NCBI GenBank assembly: GCA_048884965.1
Contig: JBHLQH010000067.1
Coordinates: forward strand, 1 to 11,722
Length of the DNA stretch: 11,722 nucleotides
Direction of reading: 5' to 3'
Origin: Candidatus Thorarchaeota archaeon
GTDB lineage: Archaea > Asgardarchaeota > Thorarchaeia > Thorarchaeales > Thorarchaeaceae
A model generated the notes under the pieces. It ran no database searches and was not told the origin of the DNA. It worked only from the letters and a program-made list of their open reading frames with translations. This document shows, one piece after another, positions 1-6,053 of the stretch; position 1 is the stretch's first letter; each line of letters opens with the position of its first letter. The position numbers and the translations under genes are program-made.

Positions 1-369
1 TTGGAATCTGGAAAGGTACTTCAAGCAGAGATCTTCTTTGTGGCATTCGTTGCTGAAGCGCGCTCTCAACTCGCGCAAGATCTCGGTGTCGATGTCGATG
101 AACGAGGAAACATACTAACAGATCATCGCGGCAAGACAAGCATGGAGGGAGTATGGGCAGCAGGCGATTGTAGGCCCATTACCCAGCAGGTTGCCATGGC
201 AACAGGAACAGGAAACTATGCCGCTATCATGGTCAATCAATTCCTAGGAAACTCGCAAGAGAAAGAACAACTCTTCGATCATCCTGAATGTAGAACAGCA
301 TTGCATATGAAGGAGATTCCATCAGTGGAGGCAGAAGAAGATGCTACTGATGTCGACTTCCTTCTCTAG
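1..369 (+). CDS. Thioredoxin reductase-like NAD(P)/FAD-dependent oxidoreductase, 3' portion only (truncated by window start)
   Basis: C-terminal FAD-binding signature of TrxB-like enzymes: 'GVDVDERGNILTD..GKTSMEGVWAAGDC' followed by 'QQVAMATGTGNYAA'. The TTG at position 1 is not the real start. A ~40-aa acidic tail follows the usual terminal helix. Confidence 0.85.
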   Translation: MESGKVLQAEIFFVAFVAEARSQLAQDLGVDVDERGNILTDHRGKTSMEGVWAAGDCRPITQQVAMATGTGNYAAIMVNQFLGNSQEKEQLFDHPECRTALHMKEIPSVEAEEDATDVDFLL

Positions 370-386
370 GAGTTGTGTTGAACGGA

Positions 387-413
387 GTTGTATCGTACAA
401 CAAATCTTAATAA
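387..413 (+). promoter_or_regulatory. Putative promoter of the ferritin-like/thioredoxin unit: palindrome plus TATA-like box
   Basis: Perfect inverted repeat GTTGTA-tcg-TACAAC (387-401) directly followed by aaat-CTTAATAA (402-413), a BRE/TATA-like arrangement. Confidence 0.5.
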
Positions 414-434
414 CAAGGAAATAACAATAGTTAA

Positions 435-471
435 CATCCCTGTGGGACTACCCTAGTGTCTAGGGATGGTC
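435..471 (+). other. GC-rich hairpin(s) in the predicted 5' leader of the ferritin-like gene
   Basis: GACTA-CCCTAG-tgt-CTAGGG-a-TGGTC (446-471). Alternative pairings: CATCCCT (435-441) with AGGGATG (462-468), and TCCC-tgt-GGGA (437-447). Confidence 0.45.
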
Positions 472-490
472 GGAGTGGGGAAACGAGTTA

Positions 491-991
491 ATGAAAGTGA
501 TATCAATGACTACAGTTGACAGAGATTTAATGGAAACATTGCAAAAACAGATCGAAGTCGAAAAGGAAACTCTGAATCGATTATCAAGAGCGGAGGAGGA
601 AGTATCGGAGACTGCCGTGAAACTCGTTTTCATGGAGCTTCGCCTTGATTCATGGAAGCATCAAAAATTCTTGGAGGGAATTCTTGAGATGCTACAAGAA
701 ACTCCCTGCGATGCATGGAGTGCCAAAGTCCAGCGATATATCGACCGAGTAAAGCTTGAGAAGACATTGAATGAGCTTGTCCGAGCAGAAGCAGAGATGT
801 TCTCTCTTGCAGAGAAGGCACTAAAAGCTACAGAAGATCCAGTTGCTCAGTTCCTTCTTGGACACCTAAAACATGACGAACAACACCACAAGAAAGAATT
901 AGAAGAGCTGATTACACTAATTCAAAAGTCCCCATTGCAATCGAAGAAAGGCACAAAGGGCACTGACATCGTTTGTGAAACAGAGGATTGA
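491..991 (+). CDS. Ferritin-like (rubrerythrin/erythrin-type) four-helix bundle protein
   Basis: Two helix-pair repeats with metal-ligand patterns E24...D53-S-W-K-H57 and E100...D129-E-Q-H-H133; helical, acidic/basic composition. The start may be ATG 506 (preceded by AAGTGA) rather than 491. Confidence 0.75.
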   Translation: MKVISMTTVDRDLMETLQKQIEVEKETLNRLSRAEEEVSETAVKLVFMELRLDSWKHQKFLEGILEMLQETPCDAWSAKVQRYIDRVKLEKTLNELVRAEAEMFSLAEKALKATEDPVAQFLLGHLKHDEQHHKKELEELITLIQKSPLQSKKGTKGTDIVCETED

Positions 992-1016
992 AAGGAAGAA
1001 CAGCGATTCCAATTGT

Positions 1017-1022
1017 AGGTGA
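1017..1022 (+). promoter_or_regulatory. Archaeal-type ribosome-binding site for the thioredoxin gene
   Basis: AGGTGA 4 nt upstream of ATG 1027. Confidence 0.65.
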
Positions 1023-1026
1023 AAGT

Positions 1027-1503
1027 ATGCCAGCGATGAAGGATGTATCAGAAGACTATCCATCATGCACGGATTATATCAATGAGATGAACCCAATGTA
1101 CAGAAGTCGTTGGTTGGATGAATTTAGTAGGTATAATCTCAACGAATATGCTCTTGCAGGGCTAAAGGAAACAGTAGGAAAGTACGAGATAGTCGTTCTA
1201 TTTGCAGACTGGTGCGGAGATGCTAGGAAAGCGATTCCAGCACTGGCACACATTGAAACATCTTTGGGCATCAAAATCAGGGCGTTGGGAGGTATGACCA
1301 AACCTGGTTTTCGTTCTGATAGATTCTGGGCAGTTCCACCAAGTCCCATAGAGGTAGAAATCTTCGACATCAGAAGTAGTCCAACAGTTCTAATTTTCAA
1401 TAAAGAAACTGGAGAAGAGATCGGACGAATCAAGACAAGACCAAAAATGACCCCAACTATGGAAGAGGAGATATTGAAGGTAATAGTAGATGCAGGTTCA
1501 TGA
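1027..1503 (+). CDS. Thioredoxin-fold protein, monothiol WCGDA type (Thioredoxin_9-like)
   Basis: 'IVVLFADWCGDARKAIPAL' active-site strand/helix and a cis-Pro region 'IRSSPTVLIFNKETGEEIGRI'. Start moved from TTG 988 to ATG 1027 because AGGTGA lies at 1017-1022. Confidence 0.85.
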   Translation: MPAMKDVSEDYPSCTDYINEMNPMYRSRWLDEFSRYNLNEYALAGLKETVGKYEIVVLFADWCGDARKAIPALAHIETSLGIKIRALGGMTKPGFRSDRFWAVPPSPIEVEIFDIRSSPTVLIFNKETGEEIGRIKTRPKMTPTMEEEILKVIVDAGS

Positions 1504-1504
1504 A

Positions 1505-1924
1505 CTATGAATGCTGTCGGCAGCCATCACAATGTGAGAATCCTTTGCCAATGCATCTTCCTGTCTTATCCCCACCATGCTTCATTCCCCATTGTTGCAT
1601 CATAGTAAGTACACCCCTCAGGTCCTCTCCCTTCCGAGTCAACTTGTATGTGACACTTGCTGGAATGACTTGAGAATCAACTGTTCTAGTGAGGATGTCC
1701 TCTTCATTCAGCTCTGAGAGCCTTTGGGAAAGCATCTTCGATGACACCCAGCTAAGATCCTTCTGAATCTCATTGAATCTAAGACCTTCTCGAGCTCTAG
1801 GTGCCATTAATGTTTGAAGGATAAGAATAGTCCATTTCTTCCCTAGGATACCAGATGTGATATACACTGGACATCCTTCGACATCCTCCTTCACCCGAGG
1901 CTGATATGCATTGATCTCTGTCAT
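1505..1924 (-). CDS. HxlR/DUF24-family (MarR-like winged helix) transcriptional regulator with Cys-rich C-terminal tail
   Basis: 'GCPV...ILGKKWTILIL', 'LRFNEIQKDL', 'VSSKMLSQRLSEL' and 'PASVTYKLTRKGEDL' are typical HxlR motifs. Tail is C-x7-C-x2-C-x2-H. ATG 1924 is preferred over TTG 1927. Confidence 0.9.
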   Translation of the reverse strand: MTEINAYQPRVKEDVEGCPVYITSGILGKKWTILILQTLMAPRAREGLRFNEIQKDLSWVSSKMLSQRLSELNEEDILTRTVDSQVIPASVTYKLTRKGEDLRGVLTMMQQWGMKHGGDKTGRCIGKGFSHCDGCRQHS

Positions 1925-1931
1925 CAAACTC

Positions 1932-1980
1932 AGTTACTTATTGGTAACTACACTATTTATAACTTACTAATGTGAAGTTA
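1932..1980. promoter_or_regulatory. Divergent promoter: central TATA flanked by two operator-like palindromes
   Basis: AGTTAC-N6-GTAACT (1932-1949); TATTTATAA (1954-1962) containing the self-complementary TTATAA; TAACTT-N9-AAGTTA (1960-1980). Confidence 0.7.
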
Positions 1981-2011
1981 CTGTAGATAATATAGCGTAT
2001 CAAAGGGAAGA

Positions 2012-2734
2012 ATGATGATTAAGAGATTGATGATTCATATTGATGAAGAGAAGTGTACTGGTTGTGGACTGTGTATTCCAGGCTGTGAAGAAGGCGCATT
2101 GGCGATTATTGATGGAAAAGCAAGGGTAGTATCAGAGAGTTTCTGCGATGGTCTTGGAGCTTGTCTCGGGCACTGTCCAGAGGGAGCACTAACACTACAA
2201 GAAGTAGAAACGGTACCATTCGATGAAGAAGCAGCGATGGAGCATGTCCAGAAGATCAGGGGAACTCCACAGGCTTCAACTTGTTGTCCAACAGTTGACC
2301 TCTCTTCCAGTGAATTACATGAAAGAGTACAAGAAACAGAAGCAAAGATAATAGAAAGGATCTCTCATCTTCAGAACTTTCCTGTTAAGCTGAAGTTGAT
2401 GGCTCCTAATCATCCAGCCCTTAGAAACGCAAGTCTGTTGTTAGCGGCAGACTGTACAACGATAGCATATCCAGCTTTGCATGATGATTTCCTTCAAGGA
2501 AAAACCATCATCCAGGTCTGTCCGAAATTCGAGGATTATAATCTCAACTTGGAACGACTGGCTCAAATCTTTCAAAATAACTCGATACAGGATGTCACTG
2601 CATTGATAATGGAAGTACCCTGTTGCAGCGGTCTTGTGCGTATGATAAAGCAAGCCCAGCAGATGTCAGGAAAGTCTATACCGGTTAAATCACACATCAT
2701 TGGGGTTCAAGGAAAGATCCTTTCATCGCAATAG
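2012..2734 (+). CDS. 4Fe-4S ferredoxin-domain protein with C-terminal Cys-containing domain (FrdX-like)
   Basis: N-terminal CTGCGLCIPGC and CDGLGACLGHCP, linker TCCP, then C-terminal motifs 'SHLQNFPVKLKL', 'LLLAADC', 'CPKFED' and 'MEVPCCSGL'. Confidence 0.85.
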   Translation: MMIKRLMIHIDEEKCTGCGLCIPGCEEGALAIIDGKARVVSESFCDGLGACLGHCPEGALTLQEVETVPFDEEAAMEHVQKIRGTPQASTCCPTVDLSSSELHERVQETEAKIIERISHLQNFPVKLKLMAPNHPALRNASLLLAADCTTIAYPALHDDFLQGKTIIQVCPKFEDYNLNLERLAQIFQNNSIQDVTALIMEVPCCSGLVRMIKQAQQMSGKSIPVKSHIIGVQGKILSSQ

Positions 2735-2747
2735 ACCTAGCCGGATG

Positions 2748-3632
2748 TCATTTCAATAATAGTGTAGGCTGGAACTCGGGTTTCATCGAGGAGTATATCA
2801 CTTTGCCATTTCTAGCTATAGCGATTGGCATATGAGGTGTATCAAAGGCAAATCCGATGTTCCCATCCCTATCAAGCATGATGACTCCAGCTTCACCACT
2901 GGTCTTCTCTCTAAGACTCCTCATAGCTCTTTGACATGCATCCCGTACAGGTAATCCATTTTCAACATGAAGTACTGCTTCCCTACCCATGACGATCCGA
3001 AGTATCTGCTCGCCTTTGCCTGTACAGCTTGCACTGGCAACCTCATTTGCATAAACACCTGCGCCAATGATTGGAGAATCCCCAACTCTTCCAGGGAGCT
3101 TACCAGGCCAACCGCTTGTAGAAGCACCTGAAGCAAGGCGACCGTTCTCATCAAGTGCCACACTTCCAACAGTGTCGCATCCTTCTGCATTGCTAATCCT
3201 CTCGGTCCGACCCATTTCAGTCTCATTCCTGAATCCAGAAGAGATCATCTCATTATACAGCCTGTTAGCTCCAGAACCAACTACCTGCATAACAGGAGTT
3301 CTATCCAAAACATACCGAGCTAGAGAGATCGGGTGGATGATATCTCGGACAGCCATGACCGCTCCACTCTCAAGTCGTTGGCCATCCATCAATATCGCAT
3401 CGACCTCGATCTCACCATCTAGGTTTTCACATGCGCCTCTTCCTGCGGTGAATAACTCTGTTTCTTCCAATTCCCATATTGCAGCCTCGACCGCATCAAC
3501 AGCGGAGCCTCCTCTATCAATGACACAATATCCAATGAGAGCAGCTCTCTCTACAGCTTTCAAAATGTCCTCATGGTATTTCGATTTGAAAATGGTCGCT
3601 CCACCATGTACGATCAAGACTGGTTCTTTCAT
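2748..3632 (-). CDS. iaaA: Isoaspartyl peptidase / L-asparaginase type 2 (Ntn-hydrolase)
   Basis: 'VLIVHGGA', 'SAVDAVEAA', autoprocessing site 'CD|TVGSVALD', 'ASTSG', 'GRVGDSPIIGAG' and 'CTGKGE'. Confidence 0.92.
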   Translation of the reverse strand: MKEPVLIVHGGATIFKSKYHEDILKAVERAALIGYCVIDRGGSAVDAVEAAIWELEETELFTAGRGACENLDGEIEVDAILMDGQRLESGAVMAVRDIIHPISLARYVLDRTPVMQVVGSGANRLYNEMISSGFRNETEMGRTERISNAEGCDTVGSVALDENGRLASGASTSGWPGKLPGRVGDSPIIGAGVYANEVASASCTGKGEQILRIVMGREAVLHVENGLPVRDACQRAMRSLREKTSGEAGVIMLDRDGNIGFAFDTPHMPIAIARNGKVIYSSMKPEFQPTLLLK

Positions 3633-3753
3633 CCTTGTTCTACCTATCTATCTCCGACCTCTGATAAAATCCTATTGAATTTCATCCCATTAATAGTTAA
3701 AAGAGGCATATTGTGGTCGATGCATCTGTACGATATGATTTGGGGACCTATGA

Positions 3754-6027
3754 ATGAATGCGAGGCTAGATACGTTAAGGCAGATACTCCTCCGTTTTGG
3801 GGCAGGACTAGTCCTAGCGACAGCTCTCTTCTGGTTGACCTTGCCGGCTCAATCTTCTCGTATTGCATTCATTAGCTATCATTCACTACTCTCCTTTCTG
3901 GCAGTCGCTGCGGCAGCTCTGGCTTTCCTAAGCAGCTATAGGTCTCCTTCCTCCTCTAAGAACGTCCTTTTTGTCGCCCTTCTCTTCCGTTGCTTCATTC
4001 ACTTTGGAATTGCGTTGGTCTACTCCTTCACAGAGCCAGATTTATCACTTGCAAATGCTCCTATAAGAGCGTATAGTGATATTCTGTCAGTGTGTATATT
4101 TGGTATTGTATTCCTGATGTCATGCTTATTGGAATATCAGAAGAATAGAATGACCCTATCATTTGTGAAAGGTATATTGTTGCTCTTCCTTCTTCTAAGC
4201 CTCTATGGATTAGGATTCTTCTTTATCCTTCAGATGCTCTCACCAACACAGCTTGAAGTAGCTAATCTATTCCTAACAATTCTGACAATGGGATTATTCG
4301 CAAGTAGTATAGTCATACTCCTCAAGATTAAGGATAGAGTGAAGCATCTTCAGATTCACTATCTCATCGCTGCACTACTCAGTTTCTTGATTATGCCTCT
4401 CGCTCTTTTTGGATACTCCATGGGTTTCTATACGATGTGGACAATGGCTATCTATGAACAGGCGTTGGGATTCTCTCTGCTCTATTTGTCTATTGGTGAG
4501 CCGCTATATGATGTTTCAAAGATTGGCAAAAAAGCGACTGAAGCCATTCTTTCATTCCTTCTTGCCTTGTCTGTAGCACCGTTCGCACTCAGCCTCTTTT
4601 CCGAGGCATATGCCCCTGGAATCATTCTCTTCGATATAGGTGCATATCTGATCTCTCATAGTGCTGCTGCGCTTCTGTCTGCGATGATGTCGATACTCCT
4701 GTTCGTCTATTTCAAGCGGAAACCAAGATGGAATCTTTTGCCATTAATGGTGATGTATCTCTCATGGACTTTAATCGAGATCATGATAATGCTTGATTTC
4801 TTAACGAATTTTGTACCGGGGATTGGAGAATCTACAGTTCCGTACATATTTGGGGGAGTGGTGTCCCTCCTTGTCGTCTACAGAGGAATAATGTTTACAA
4901 ATCAGCCTCCAAAAGATGACCCAACCAAGTATGAATATAGATGGGTTATTACGAGATTCATTGCAGTTAGTTCTGGAATTCTTGCCGCTTTACTCATAGA
5001 GAATCGCTTGCAAATATATCTACCAACTCTAGCAGGTTTTCCCTTGGGTAGAGTTGTTTTAATGCTCATTAATCTCCTTGCACTCTTTGGTTTCTCAATA
5101 CTACTATATATTACAACAAGAAAATTTGCAGATTGGAAGAGTATTGAAGGAATTGCTATCATCAGCCTAGCGTTCTTTATAGTTCCAGGCATCCTAAAAG
5201 GAGTGTTTCTTGATTGGTCAATAGGATGGTGGTTGGGGGAGCTAGTCATTCTATTTGGACTTGGAGTCGGACCTCCCCTTCTAGGAACTCTCTATGTCGA
5301 TTCGATGTCCAAGGCTCAAGACGCTCAAAGGCGAGCTACCTTGTACTCAGATCTTCTTGTACATGATATCACGAATATGCATCAGGCAATCTTAGTTGCT
5401 CTATCCATTCTTGAAGCGGATTTGGAAGATGATGAGAAACACTCGTCAACCATCAAGGATGCAAAAAGGAGTCTTGATCGAGCCTCAGAGATTGTAGCAA
5501 GTGTCCGCCAAATAGGCCTTGCGGACCAGACAAATGCTGATACCCTGCACGATGTAGATATTGTCAATACCCTTTTTGATGCCTTCAGCCAGATAAGAGC
5601 AGAGCATCCAAATGATCAAATTGATTTTACAGTCAACAGACTTCCGCAGGAGTGCTATACAAAAGCCAACGGACTACTCATGGATCTTTTCTACAATCTC
5701 TTCCGAAACTCAGTGAAGTACTCGAATGATGAAAAGAGAATAGATATCACTCTGAAGCAGAAGATTACCAATGGACAACACTTCTGGAATATCCTTGTTG
5801 AAGACTATGGCAAGGGAATCGAGGAGTCAAGGAAGAAGCAACTCTTTCAGAGATTCATGAAAGGCGCAGAGGGGATTGGCCTAGGTCTCTCAGTTGTACT
5901 CGCCCTAGCAAAGTCCTTTGGAGGATTTGTGGAAGTCATGGATCGTATTCCAGGGGATCATAGTAAGGGTACCATCTTCCTCATCTCCTTACCAGTCAGC
6001 TTTCCATCCAATATGGATATCACATGA
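3754..6027 (+). CDS. Membrane-bound sensor histidine kinase, ~16 TM helices plus HisKA and HATPase_c
   Basis: H-box 'DLLVHDITNMHQ' (His537), N-box 'DLFYNLFRNSVKY', G1 'VEDYGKGI', F 'LFQRF', G2 'GIGLGL'. The first ~515 aa are almost entirely hydrophobic helices. Confidence 0.92.
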   Translation: MNARLDTLRQILLRFGAGLVLATALFWLTLPAQSSRIAFISYHSLLSFLAVAAAALAFLSSYRSPSSSKNVLFVALLFRCFIHFGIALVYSFTEPDLSLANAPIRAYSDILSVCIFGIVFLMSCLLEYQKNRMTLSFVKGILLLFLLLSLYGLGFFFILQMLSPTQLEVANLFLTILTMGLFASSIVILLKIKDRVKHLQIHYLIAALLSFLIMPLALFGYSMGFYTMWTMAIYEQALGFSLLYLSIGEPLYDVSKIGKKATEAILSFLLALSVAPFALSLFSEAYAPGIILFDIGAYLISHSAAALLSAMMSILLFVYFKRKPRWNLLPLMVMYLSWTLIEIMIMLDFLTNFVPGIGESTVPYIFGGVVSLLVVYRGIMFTNQPPKDDPTKYEYRWVITRFIAVSSGILAALLIENRLQIYLPTLAGFPLGRVVLMLINLLALFGFSILLYITTRKFADWKSIEGIAIISLAFFIVPGILKGVFLDWSIGWWLGELVILFGLGVGPPLLGTLYVDSMSKAQDAQRRATLYSDLLVHDITNMHQAILVALSILEADLEDDEKHSSTIKDAKRSLDRASEIVASVRQIGLADQTNADTLHDVDIVNTLFDAFSQIRAEHPNDQIDFTVNRLPQECYTKANGLLMDLFYNLFRNSVKYSNDEKRIDITLKQKITNGQHFWNILVEDYGKGIEESRKKQLFQRFMKGAEGIGLGLSVVLALAKSFGGFVEVMDRIPGDHSKGTIFLISLPVSFPSNMDIT

Positions 6028-6053
6028 GCAAGAGGGAAGGGTACGTTTCGTCC

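Noticed and set aside
367-456. Reading through the TrxR TAG gives E-L-C-TGA, a Cys-Sec-like dipeptide reminiscent of the mammalian TrxR C-terminus
   Set aside because: It needs both amber and opal recoding in one gene. TAG appears to be an ordinary stop for three other genes here, the downstream frame runs through the promoter-like region, and no convincing SECIS was seen.
451-465. Canonical iron-responsive element
   Set aside because: The loop would be UAGUGU rather than CAGUGN, its flanks do not form the 5-bp upper stem, and there is no C bulge in register. Kept only as a generic structured leader.
940-991. Encapsulin cargo-loading peptide at the ferritin-like C-terminus
   Set aside because: KKGTKGTDIVCETED lacks the LxIGSL-type motif and there is no encapsulin gene in the window.
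1207-1227. Missing resolving Cys (WCGDA) as a sign of pseudogenisation or novelty
   Set aside because: The ORF is intact, and monothiol WCGDA variants are, to my knowledge, common in this thioredoxin subfamily.
989-1503. Selenocysteine readthrough at the TGA stops of the ferritin-like and thioredoxin genes
   Set aside because: Neither TGA lies in a redox motif position; both proteins look complete at the stop.
630-2653. Antisense ORFs 630-821, 1074-1433 and 2441-2653
   Set aside because: Fully nested opposite well-supported genes with no recognisable motifs; shadow ORFs.
2921-3875. ORFs 2921-3226, 3067-3678, 3573-3875 and 3644-3868
   Set aside because: They overlap the asparaginase or kinase genes and show Ser/Pro-rich antisense composition or no motifs.
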